In this document: positions 8,969 through 17,923 of the stretch, piece by piece
How positions within the stretch are numbered: position 1 is the stretch's first letter
Layout of the letters: every line of letters starts with the position of its first letter
Notes under the pieces: generated by a model
What the model saw: only the letters and a program-made list of their open reading frames with translations
Told to the model about the DNA's origin: nothing
The model's database searches: none
Translations under genes and position numbers: made by a program
NCBI GenBank assembly: GCA_963557785.1
Contig: CAUWBF010000009.1
Span: 715 to 64,714 of the forward strand
Length of the DNA: 64,000 bases
Reading direction: 5' to 3'
Source of the DNA: an uncultured Clostridia bacterium
GTDB taxonomy: Bacteria; Bacillota; Clostridia; TANB77; CAG-508

Positions 8969-10423
8969 ATGGCAGGAAGAAAACAAGTGATGGATATGAG
9001 ATCCACAACCTCCGGCATCAGCCAAATGGAAAGCAATGAGCAGCAAAGAAATTGGTCGGACGAACAATGGAAGAACAAGGCCAAAGACAGCTTGGCCAAC
9101 TATGATCCAACCCGGGCTTCACTCAACTTTGAAGTAACCAAAGGTGGGGTGGTGCAGCCTATTGATAAGTCCAAAAGTATTGCTCAAAAGATGGCAGAAA
9201 ATTTGGCAGCACGAGGTATTAAGGACCCGAATGCAAACCCAAAAGCCGTAATGAAAAGACGAACTGTTGCGCAGTTCATTTTTGGTGGAAACCGCGAACG
9301 AATGCACGAATTGGCCTTTGGAGACCAAAGGGTGGATTTGACCAAAGGCGCAGATAATTCCGGAATTACTCGGCATAAGGATATTGAAGAATGGGCAAAG
9401 GATGTTTATGAATTTATGTCAAAAAAGTATGGTGAGGATAACATCATTGGCTTCTATGTACACTTGGATGAAATGAATCCACATATCCATTGTACCTTGG
9501 TTCCGGTGGATGCAGAAAAGAATCGAATTTCATGGACTTCAGTTTTCGGACAGAATATGAAAGAGGAATCTTTCAACATGACCAAACTTCATTCTGAACT
9601 GGAAAGACAAGTTAACAGAAAGTGGGGACTGGAACGTGGTAGCAACATGGCCGAGACTAAAGCTCGACACAGATCGACTGAAGAATACAAGCGTGACTTG
9701 GTAAGAGAGGTCACCAATCTTCAACAGACAAGACAGGAATTGATAAAGCAAATTCACCGTAACGAAATCAAGTTGAAAGGACTTTCAACCATGATTGAAA
9801 ACCTTCAGAATAGGAAAGAAGACATCCAAAAGCAGATTGATTTGATTGCCAAACAGTTCGGTCAAGAAGGTGTTAACAATGAGGAATTGGGTAATAAAAT
9901 GGCAGCTTTAAGAGAGGAAATGAAGAGGGTTGATGAAAAATTGGCCGAAAGGCATCAAATGTTGGAGAATACTAAGAAAGTCCTGCTTGAAGCCAATGAA
10001 AAATTGGAGGAGATGAAGAGGGAACACACGAATCTTGAAAAAGATATGGTAAAATCCGAAGAGAGTAAAATAGCTGATATTCAGAGAAATATGGTGGGTC
10101 AGTTTAACGGTATGATGCTTTCTGCAATGCGCCCTATATTGCCAACTTTAACACCTGAACAACGTGAAATATTGGAGGATAGTGATTTTGCCTTGCTTTT
10201 TGAAAAAAGTGCGGAGATTTTAAATTGTGCTGTAATGTTGGCAAGAGGATATATACAATTAGCTACTGATTATGCAGTGTCTTGCGGTGGTGGAGGGGGA
10301 GGTCCAACTTCTGGATGGGGACGTGATAAAGATGATGATGATGATAGATGGTGGAGGAAGTGTTTGGCTCACGCTACTGCAATGGTACGCCCTGCAAAAA
10401 GGAAGCGCAGTCGTGGTAGATAA
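8969..10423 (+). CDS. MobV/Mob_Pre-family mobilization relaxase with coiled-coil C-terminal region
   Basis: YVHLDEMNPHIHCTLVP matches the HxDE..PHxH metal-binding motif. Long coiled-coil and low-complexity tail (GGGGGG...DDDDD). Confidence 0.78.
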   Translation: MAGRKQVMDMRSTTSGISQMESNEQQRNWSDEQWKNKAKDSLANYDPTRASLNFEVTKGGVVQPIDKSKSIAQKMAENLAARGIKDPNANPKAVMKRRTVAQFIFGGNRERMHELAFGDQRVDLTKGADNSGITRHKDIEEWAKDVYEFMSKKYGEDNIIGFYVHLDEMNPHIHCTLVPVDAEKNRISWTSVFGQNMKEESFNMTKLHSELERQVNRKWGLERGSNMAETKARHRSTEEYKRDLVREVTNLQQTRQELIKQIHRNEIKLKGLSTMIENLQNRKEDIQKQIDLIAKQFGQEGVNNEELGNKMAALREEMKRVDEKLAERHQMLENTKKVLLEANEKLEEMKREHTNLEKDMVKSEESKIADIQRNMVGQFNGMMLSAMRPILPTLTPEQREILEDSDFALLFEKSAEILNCAVMLARGYIQLATDYAVSCGGGGGGPTSGWGRDKDDDDDRWWRKCLAHATAMVRPAKRKRSRGR

Positions 10424-10466
10424 TATGATATTACTCAGTAATACTTATTATTTCATTCCCTTGTTT

Positions 10467-10600
10467 TTATTGTATTGAATCAAGAAATGTAATATCAGTA
10501 ATACCTTATTTACAATATATATAGTATTGCTGATATTACTTATATATTGGCAGTAATTTGATATAAATCGACTTTGGGATAATTGATTTTTCAGGGGGTA
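10467..10600. repeat. cluster of AGTAATA/TATTACT heptamer repeats in the inter-relaxase spacer
   Basis: Perfect palindrome TATTACTCAGTAATA (10469-10483); further copies CAGTAATAC (~10536), GATATTACTTA (~10573), GGCAGTAATTTG (~10589). Confidence 0.35.
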
Positions 10601-10993
10601 AATTATGCGTAATTAAACATAGGGCATAAGTGTATTTAAGATATGGAATAGAAAGAATTTAGAACCGTAAGAATTAAGTAGAGAGAGGGATTTCATATTG
10701 CAAACATGATTGTGTTACATTTTCATAGTCTTTGGCAGGAGGAATAATTACACGGTCTGCTTACTGGCATTTAATTCATATTGAAGACTATAATAGATGA
10801 TGGTATTAGGAATAATGGTTTGTATATTTTTACATATAAGAATCCATTTATTTCTATAACTTATTCAGAATAGTATTATCCTTAAAAATATAGACAGATA
10901 TTTTTATCCTTTGTGTTAGCTTTCTATTATATTATTTCTTGCTAAATTTGTATGGAAGTTTTACTTGTCTGTATTGAACCAAAAAATTATAAT

Positions 10994-11848
10994 ATGACAG
11001 GAAGAAAACAAGTAATGGATATGAGATCCACAACCTCTGGCATCAGCCAAATGGAAAGCAATGAGCAGCAGAGAAATTGGTCGGACGAACAATGGAAGAA
11101 CAAGGCCAAAGACAGCTTGGCCAACTATGATCCAACCCGGGCTTCACTCAACTTTGAAGTAACCAAAGGTGGGGTGGTGCAGCCTATTGATAAGTCCAAA
11201 AGTATTGCTCAAAAGATGGCAGAAAATTTGGCAGCACGAGGTATTAAGGACCCGAATGCAAACCCAAAAGCCGTAATGAAAAGACGAACTGTTGCGCAGT
11301 TCATTTTTGGTGGAAACCGCGAACGAATGCACGAATTGGCCTTTGGAGACCAAAGGGTGGATTTGACCAAAGGCGCAGATAATTCCGGGATAACACGCTG
11401 TAAATACATCGAAGAATGGGCTAAAGATATATATAGTTTCATGGCTAAAAAATATGGTGAAGAAAACATCATGAGCTTCTATGTTCACTTAGATGAAATG
11501 AACCCACATATCCATTGTACCTTGGTTCCGGTAGATGCAGAGAAGAATCAAATTTCATGGAGAACTGTTTTCGGACAGAATATGAAAGAGGAATCTTTTA
11601 ACATGACTAAACTTCATTCTGAACTGGAAAGAGAGGTCAACAGAAAGTGGGGATTGAAACGTGGAAATAACACGGTCGAGACAAAAGCCAAGCATCGGTC
11701 ATTGTATGAATACAAACTTGATTTAGTCAGAGAAGTTACACATCTTCTGCTGAAGAAGGATAAATTGGATAGAGAAATTCATGAAATGGAAGCAAGGATA
11801 AATGATCTTGAAAGCAGATTTGAGAACTTGCTTGACATTGAGAAGTAG
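10994..11848 (+). CDS. MobV-family relaxase paralog (shorter, 284 aa)
   Basis: Start reset to MTGRKQVMDMRS to match the paralog. Same HLDEMNPHIHCTLVP motif. Nucleotides ~11021-11410 are nearly identical to 9001-9390. Confidence 0.7.
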   Translation: MTGRKQVMDMRSTTSGISQMESNEQQRNWSDEQWKNKAKDSLANYDPTRASLNFEVTKGGVVQPIDKSKSIAQKMAENLAARGIKDPNANPKAVMKRRTVAQFIFGGNRERMHELAFGDQRVDLTKGADNSGITRCKYIEEWAKDIYSFMAKKYGEENIMSFYVHLDEMNPHIHCTLVPVDAEKNQISWRTVFGQNMKEESFNMTKLHSELEREVNRKWGLKRGNNTVETKAKHRSLYEYKLDLVREVTHLLLKKDKLDREIHEMEARINDLESRFENLLDIEK

Positions 11849-11869
11849 AAGAAATTCAAACATAAAATC

Positions 11870-13003
11870 ATGGTAACAGTAGAAGAAATTCAGGAAGCAA
11901 TAAAGAACCGCAAACCTATATTTTATCCCAATAACAGGATTTCCTACGATGCGTACAAATTTCTTCGCAAAGTAACAAAAGCTGACAGGGATATATTGTT
12001 GTCGGAATTTCCACCTTTCGACCCCCAAAAGAGGCATTCGCTATTCATCGTTTTTACTTGCCCTTTGTGCGGAAAAGAGTTTGAAATTAGTTTTTCTAAA
12101 GCGAAGTTTATTTCTTTTATTCGAACTGATTTCAATTATCAAGATTTGTGCGAAACAAAATATCCACAACATACCGCCGGATGTGCAGAGTTTGAGAACT
12201 ATATTAAAATGTACAAGCCCAAAGGAATTTCATTTTCTAAGTTCTATATGTGTCAGGAGTGTTGCGACTCTCTACAAGATGAGGAAGAACAGGTGTTTGA
12301 AGAGTTTTATAATGATCCTCTCTTTTGGGTAAATACGCATTCTCCCGAACAGTGTAGCTGGCAGTGGGATAAAATTGTCAACCTGTACGCATATCCGGAA
12401 GACTTCAGCAATAGGCCTGAAGGATGGAAATATTGTGGTGTGAAATATAAAGAAAGGTATAGTAATTTCAAGGTGGCTACTATGTATGAATCAAATTATC
12501 AAAATTGGAAAAACGTCCAAGATAGAACCATTATTCATAAAAAGGATTCAACTGCCCAGGAGATTATACAACAAATCATTGAGAACAAATCTTTTGAGAA
12601 GAAAAGAACACAAGGTTTTAGTAGAACACTTGAATTGGCTAAAAAACTCCTTGATGGCATTATCAATGATGTAGAACTAAAAAGCCTGTTAGATTACGTT
12701 GCTATAGAAAGTGCCTATATATTAAAAATTTCACGGAAACAGCTTTTCCCAACAAAGGTATTTAATTTCGGAAAATACAAAGGATATAATATACATGAAG
12801 TAATAGATGCTGATAGAGATTATATTACATGGGCTTTGACTAATTTGGATAATTTCATGCTTGATGAAGAAGCCATGAAACACTATCGAGGTGAAGCATG
12901 GGAAATGTCAAGCGAAAAAAGTGATAGTCATGAAGCATTGGAAACTGTTGATACACAAAAACATAATTCAAAAGTGGAAGAAGTTGATGATTGTCCTTTT
13001 TAA
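11870..13003 (+). CDS. Cys-cluster hypothetical protein (possible zinc ribbon)
   Basis: 377 aa; CPLCGKEF and CQECCDSL clusters. Confidence 0.5.
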   Translation: MVTVEEIQEAIKNRKPIFYPNNRISYDAYKFLRKVTKADRDILLSEFPPFDPQKRHSLFIVFTCPLCGKEFEISFSKAKFISFIRTDFNYQDLCETKYPQHTAGCAEFENYIKMYKPKGISFSKFYMCQECCDSLQDEEEQVFEEFYNDPLFWVNTHSPEQCSWQWDKIVNLYAYPEDFSNRPEGWKYCGVKYKERYSNFKVATMYESNYQNWKNVQDRTIIHKKDSTAQEIIQQIIENKSFEKKRTQGFSRTLELAKKLLDGIINDVELKSLLDYVAIESAYILKISRKQLFPTKVFNFGKYKGYNIHEVIDADRDYITWALTNLDNFMLDEEAMKHYRGEAWEMSSEKSDSHEALETVDTQKHNSKVEEVDDCPF

Positions 13004-13149
13004 AGGATTCTGATTTTACTTTATTCAGTATCTAACTTTGTGGAAGTTTTTGAACAAATAACAATAAAACGAATACGATGCGGAATTTACAAACACATTC
13101 ACGACCTCTTCATAGATTTCGTAAATGTGTATGTAACGCTATACATGGA

Positions 13150-13410
13150 CTATAACGATTCAAGTAAAGACATAGACTGCTCAATAGTCTTGCAAGTTAC
13201 ACCTTTCCCGGCCTTGTAATCTTCCCTTGCCTTGGCAATCTTCTCTCTGAACTCTTCACTGATTGTGTAATCTTCCTTGTGAACCGGAACAAGCATATAG
13301 GACTTTTTGATACCTCTGTGAATAATAATATCCTCACCAGCATCAACCTTATCCAAAATCAAAGCCTGCTTTTCCCTAAATTCTCTTGTTGTGTAGTTGA
13401 ATGTTGCCAT
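13150..13410 (-). CDS. Phd/YefM-family antitoxin-like protein
   Basis: 86 aa; N-terminus TTREFREKQALILDKV...IIIHRGIKKSYMLVPV matches the Phd/YefM fold pattern. Confidence 0.65.
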   Translation of the reverse strand: MATFNYTTREFREKQALILDKVDAGEDIIIHRGIKKSYMLVPVHKEDYTISEEFREKIAKAREDYKAGKGVTCKTIEQSMSLLESL

Positions 13411-13483
13411 AAATCTATTGTTTTTAGGTTCGGTGCAAAGATAGTGAACTACCGCTAAATCTTTAGTTTAACGGTAGTTCACC

Positions 13484-13750
13484 TCATACATTGCATTCTA
13501 CTTCTATACGATTCAAGAAGTCATCCAATGATTCACCCTTTCCCATTTTAAAAGTCCGTCCGGCCTTGATATCCTCAATTCCTCTCTGGATTGCCATTAA
13601 TTCCTCTCGGGAAGGAAAGTCCTCTTCCGTAGCCGCATACACAACGATAGGAGCAGCATTCCGGCGAGAAACAAAAATAGTTTCCTTTTCCGCCATTTCG
13701 AAGTATTTCTTCTGATTGGCACGAAATTCACGTGTTGTAACTATCTGCAT
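13484..13750 (-). CDS. Phd/YefM-family antitoxin-like protein
   Basis: 88 aa; VTTREFRANQKKYFEMAEKETIFVSRRNAAPIVV. Confidence 0.65.
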   Translation of the reverse strand: MQIVTTREFRANQKKYFEMAEKETIFVSRRNAAPIVVYAATEEDFPSREELMAIQRGIEDIKAGRTFKMGKGESLDDFLNRIEVECNV

Positions 13751-13873
13751 AACAATTTATATATTTGGTTTACAGCGCAAATATGTCCTTGCACTTCTTG
13801 AACAGGTTTGGGCTTGACTTTTTCCATTTGGAGATTACCTTATCCGACCTTTTTGAAACTATTATGGTGTATG

Positions 13874-14131
13874 TCATAAAGCTTCAAAATAAGCGTCAAT
13901 ATCCTCATGGCTTCTAAGTGTGGTACAATTTCCAGCCTTGATTTCTGCCATTGCCTCTTCTATCCTCGCTTGCAGCTCCGGGGTAAGTATGAGGTCTTCC
14001 CTGCCTACATTGACAAGTACGTAAATCTCGTTCTTTCTGCGAATAAGAACCGGTTCTCCGTTGCTCGCTCTGGTAAATGAAGCCGCAAGATTATTGCGGT
14101 ATTCTCTAACTGATAATGCTTTCATAATCAC
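13874..14131 (-). CDS. Phd/YefM-family antitoxin-like protein
   Basis: 85 aa; LSVREYRNNLAASFTRASNGEPVLIRRKNEIYVLV. Confidence 0.65.
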   Translation of the reverse strand: MIMKALSVREYRNNLAASFTRASNGEPVLIRRKNEIYVLVNVGREDLILTPELQARIEEAMAEIKAGNCTTLRSHEDIDAYFEAL

Positions 14132-14185
14132 AACTTTTAATTTTGCTGCAAAGATAATTCTTTTTCAGCACAATAGTAAATTTAC

Positions 14186-14201
14186 GTACACATTTGTGTA
14201 C
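14186..14201. promoter_or_regulatory. perfect 7-bp inverted repeat GTACACA-tt-TGTGTAC, candidate operator
   Basis: Read directly; lies about 55-70 bp upstream of the minus-strand start of the Phd-like gene at 14131. Confidence 0.3.
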
Positions 14202-14225
14202 ACGCACGAAAAACTCTTCAAAAAC

Positions 14226-14246
14226 CGCGCACCCCCTCCGAGGGGG
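14226..14246 (-). terminator. GC-rich hairpin followed by T-run on minus strand
   Basis: CCCCCT-ccg-AGGGGG stem; minus strand then reads GCGGTTTTTG. Confidence 0.35.
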
Positions 14247-14393
14247 CTGTCCGCCATCGCATGGGCAAAACGGTCTATCTTTATGAGGTTCACACCATAC
14301 CAGCGGCACTTGTATTTAAGCAGGATGCGTCCCCTACGGATTGTGCAAGATGGTGGTTGCGCTGAACGGACAAAGTCAGGTGTCGAAATGATT

Positions 14394-14894
14394 TCAAAGC
14401 TCATCGAGAAGGTCTTCTATGGTTCTACTTGGAAGTTCACCTTCTTCAATCAGCTTCACCTGTTGCAATCCCTTGCAAATGCGCGTGGTCAAACTGTCCT
14501 CTTCGGATATGGTATTGTCAGTTTTGTATCGCTTCAAGTCTTCACTACAAGATTTGATGAAATTTTCAAAGCTGCTCATATCAACTTTCTTCAAGTTTTT
14601 GTCTGCACGAGCTTCTGCAATAGCCTCCTTTGTTTCCTCGTTCGGCTCTGTGTATCTCTCTTCTCTGTATATTATTTCAACATCATCTCCGTCTTTTACA
14701 TCTGGGTTTGTTGCTGCTGGAGGTATTTTATCTTCACTTCCGGAGATAATCTCGATTTCATCTTCTTTTATTATATCCCAGTCTCTTAACGCCTGTTCGG
14801 GTGATTGACCGCAGCCAATTGCATATTTGATTTCGGTTGTTAAGCCGTACATTGCTGCAATTTGCAAAGCTTCTTCTCTTGTTAATTCACTCAT
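14394..14894 (-). CDS. highly acidic hypothetical protein
   Basis: 166 aa, very rich in Asp/Glu. Confidence 0.5.
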   Translation of the reverse strand: MSELTREEALQIAAMYGLTTEIKYAIGCGQSPEQALRDWDIIKEDEIEIISGSEDKIPPAATNPDVKDGDDVEIIYREERYTEPNEETKEAIAEARADKNLKKVDMSSFENFIKSCSEDLKRYKTDNTISEEDSLTTRICKGLQQVKLIEEGELPSRTIEDLLDEL

Positions 14895-15075
14895 CTCGTT
14901 ATTTATTTATTGGGGTGCAAAGGTATATAATAAAGGGAATAGAACAATATAGAGAAGATTCTTTTAAAGGATTTACTACTGTAAAGCCAGAGAAAAGAAG
15001 CCTTTTTTGAACGACTTCTAATCTCTGACCATTGAAAAGGTTTATGAAAATGAAGTGAGTGTCGTTCTATTTTCT

Positions 15076-15633
15076 TTAATATAACAGAGGAATTTCAAAT
15101 GATTTTACAACAATTTCAGCCTTTTTGTCGAGAATGAACCAGTATTCCGAACGGTAGGGGAACCCTTTGGGTGATTTTGTTTCAAAGGTGATTTTTACTT
15201 TCCATCCATTGAATGGTTTTTGTACATTCTCATGTTTTTTATTGAGGTCATCAATTTCTCCGTATGCACAGAGAAGTCGAAGCGTATTCATTGCATCCAC
15301 CTGACGATTTACCTTTTCACTCATCTCAGCATCAAATTCATCCACATCTTGGAAATAGTCAGTTTCTTCGAAAAATTGATTGGTGTATTTCAACAAACGC
15401 TTGGAAAGTTCGTCTTTTTCCTTTGGTGTGATGAAATTCAATCCATAAAACATCTCAGGCTTACTGATTTTCGTGATCTTGATAGAATCAGAAGTAAGGC
15501 TGTATAAAGCTTTTTCTGCAACTTTTGTAGCGCGTTTGTCCGGACTTTCACTGCAGCTGAAAAAAAGAATCAGACTGCAGCAAAAGACCGAAACAAGAGA
15601 AATTACCATGTATTTCATTCCGAACTTAATCAT
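15076..15633 (-). CDS. lipoprotein, hypothetical
   Basis: 185 aa; signal peptide ending LFFSCSE. Confidence 0.55.
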   Translation of the reverse strand: MIKFGMKYMVISLVSVFCCSLILFFSCSESPDKRATKVAEKALYSLTSDSIKITKISKPEMFYGLNFITPKEKDELSKRLLKYTNQFFEETDYFQDVDEFDAEMSEKVNRQVDAMNTLRLLCAYGEIDDLNKKHENVQKPFNGWKVKITFETKSPKGFPYRSEYWFILDKKAEIVVKSFEIPLLY

Positions 15634-16892
15634 TAGTGAGTTGTGAGTAGAATAATAGTAGTTCTATTGGCTTCAGCAGGAGCGTATGTGCTGATACCAC
15701 CCAAATTCGCACCTCTCATGTTATCCATAGAAACCCCATATTCTTTCAATTTCTTGGCTATGTAGTTTCCACGTTTGGCTGCAAGCTTTTTATTGTAAGC
15801 AGCCTTACCGGTATAACTGTCTGCTGCAGCAGAAATATGTACAATCAAATTCTGTTCTTTGGCGATATTTGCAATTTCTTTCAAGTTAGAAAGTTGGGTC
15901 TTATCAACCAGGTTTGCAGTGTTGATTTTGAAATAGAAGTGGATGGGTACTCCTACAGCAATGATGGTCTGATTATTATCGGCTATTGAATCTTGCATGG
16001 ATTCATTGCTAAGTCTTTCACGAAGCGCATTCAGACCGCTATAGTTATTACTTCCATCAGAAACAATGGTTGTGTTCAACCCATTACCATTGTTGGCTTG
16101 GTCTTGATAAGCATAGTGATCCAACAAGTAATTATTTTGGTTGATATATGGTTCTGCATCAATGATTCTTTTCCAACCGCGTTTACCAAGTGTGTAGGAA
16201 ATGCCAACTGATACATTCAACATATTATCACCAATCTTTCCAGATGTTCCTACACAGTCAAAGTGACGCATGGTTGAAATACCGCTAACTTCACCGATAA
16301 GGTGCAGTCTGTCAAAAAGCCTATATCGTAATTCAACGCCGTAATTCAGCGCAAAGGGCTTATTATCTGTTGATGTTCCGTCTGCTTGTAAATAACCGGG
16401 AGTAGCAGAACTGTTATTGATAAAGCCAAAACCAATAAAGGGAATTACATCGAATTTGGAGATACCATACTCATTAGGTTGGAGGTTTGAGGTAAGGTTA
16501 ATCATCAAATCTGCATGGATATGATAATATTTCATCTTATCCAAGTTGGCATTTTTGAATTTGAGACCTTGATAACCTAATCTCGTGCCGACTGCCGGAG
16601 TAAACCATTTGCCGAAGCCAATATTTAAAGTGGGCATAATTCTGTCGAACAGATCTCCACAGCCAACCGGTTTACCGACAAAGGCAGAAGCTCCACCTTT
16701 TACTTCAAGAAACCAATTACTTGCCCAACCTCCTGTTGAAACTACATCATTCAGATAGGTCGGTTTCAATGGGGCTGTCAGGCGTTTCATTTCTTTGTCA
16801 TCATCAATATGACATTCTTTGTAACAGGCTTCAGCTCTCATTGCTGTCATTGAGCATAACAGCAAGGATGCTAATAAAAAATTTCTTTTCAT
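15633..16892 (-). CDS. OmpA-family outer-membrane protein
   Basis: Start reset to MKRNFLLASLLLCSMTAMRA signal peptide. C-terminal peptidoglycan-binding OmpA-like region; N-terminal region beta-barrel-like. Confidence 0.7.
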   Translation of the reverse strand: MKRNFLLASLLLCSMTAMRAEACYKECHIDDDKEMKRLTAPLKPTYLNDVVSTGGWASNWFLEVKGGASAFVGKPVGCGDLFDRIMPTLNIGFGKWFTPAVGTRLGYQGLKFKNANLDKMKYYHIHADLMINLTSNLQPNEYGISKFDVIPFIGFGFINNSSATPGYLQADGTSTDNKPFALNYGVELRYRLFDRLHLIGEVSGISTMRHFDCVGTSGKIGDNMLNVSVGISYTLGKRGWKRIIDAEPYINQNNYLLDHYAYQDQANNGNGLNTTIVSDGSNNYSGLNALRERLSNESMQDSIADNNQTIIAVGVPIHFYFKINTANLVDKTQLSNLKEIANIAKEQNLIVHISAAADSYTGKAAYNKKLAAKRGNYIAKKLKEYGVSMDNMRGANLGGISTYAPAEANRTTIILLTTH

Positions 16893-16894
16893 TA

Positions 16895-17923
16895 TTATCT
16901 TCTTATTTTGTGATGATTTGTTTGTCTTGACATAACTGTTACGCTTTGTTCTTCGTGAACCTTTGATGAAGATTCTGATTTGCATACTGTTCCGGATTCC
17001 GGAATTTCTCTGCCCATCGTTTGCGAATCTCGTTTTCTCTGGTCAAGATGTTGAACTCCGCTGCGGTTTGACGTAAATTGTTTTTTTGTTTGACACTCAA
17101 CCACTCGTGAGAGTTTTGCAGCTTCTCCGAGCGTGAGGCAATCAACTTTTGAAGCGATTCCATATTTCTGAAGTTCTTTATCGGTTATACCTAAATTCAG
17201 TAGTTTCTCCTTATATTTAATATCAATCCTTATGTCAGACAACTTACTATAACTTCCATGTCCTAACGTGCTGATCAAGACAACATGACCACCCTTACTT
17301 TCTACATAATCTCTCAGGTCTCTAAGTTCAGCACCCGAAGTAATGAAATCATCCAAAAGTATATAATCAGTACCTTGGTTGATATTACCTTCGTAACGCA
17401 TCCTTTTACAAATCCGAGATATATCTGATGCTCCTGTATGAGAAACATTGGTTATTCCGACTACATTATGTTCGACTTGCATTCCTGCTGCTTCAAACAT
17501 AGCTGCGTATGCTGCAGGGATCATATTGATACCATCACCTTTCATGCGATGATTGTATATAATGTGAGCATTGGGGTATGTTTGCACAATATGGTGAACC
17601 TTTTCATCCTTAACCATGTCATTCACAAGACTAAGTGCTGCTTCAAAATCTCCTTTTTTTGCAGCTTCAAAAGCAGGGTGCTTTCTTGCAGCAGTAGTAC
17701 TGGTATGATTTATGATGGCAGGAAAATCCTCTGGCCAGGAATTCCCTTGTGGCATAGAGTCTTTTTGATGTAAAATATAGAGAGCTGTATTGTAGTCTAC
17801 TTGTACAGGGGTATTGCCAAAGTACATATAAGCAATATTATCTTCAGCAAAAGTAAATAAAACTTCTGAATTAGAACCAAATTTACTATCTTCGAAATCG
17901 CTGATGCTCAGTTTCCTGAGCAT
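16895..17923 (-). CDS. phosphoribosyltransferase (PRTase)-domain protein
   Basis: DYILLDDFITSGAELRDL is a type I PRTase PRPP-binding loop. Start may be the internal M at ~17827 because the ORF overlaps the upstream gene by 38 nt. Confidence 0.55.
   Translation of the reverse strand: MLRKLSISDFEDSKFGSNSEVLFTFAEDNIAYMYFGNTPVQVDYNTALYILHQKDSMPQGNSWPEDFPAIINHTSTTAARKHPAFEAAKKGDFEAALSLVNDMVKDEKVHHIVQTYPNAHIIYNHRMKGDGINMIPAAYAAMFEAAGMQVEHNVVGITNVSHTGASDISRICKRMRYEGNINQGTDYILLDDFITSGAELRDLRDYVESKGGHVVLISTLGHGSYSKLSDIRIDIKYKEKLLNLGITDKELQKYGIASKVDCLTLGEAAKLSRVVECQTKKQFTSNRSGVQHLDQRKRDSQTMGREIPESGTVCKSESSSKVHEEQSVTVMSRQTNHHKIRR

Noticed and set aside
9119-9376. 85-aa minus-strand ORF (and its longer twin at 11144..11488) inside the relaxase genes.
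   Set aside because: These are antisense frame shadows, duplicated only because the underlying relaxase DNA is duplicated.
10272-10478. 68-aa plus-strand ORF at the 3' end of relaxase 1.
   Set aside because: It overlaps the relaxase low-complexity tail in another frame and has no independent support.
14061-14789. 242-aa plus-strand ORF.
   Set aside because: It overlaps the Phd-like gene, the GC-rich island and the acidic-protein gene on the opposite strand, and is low-complexity and Cys/Phe-rich. It is a frame shadow.
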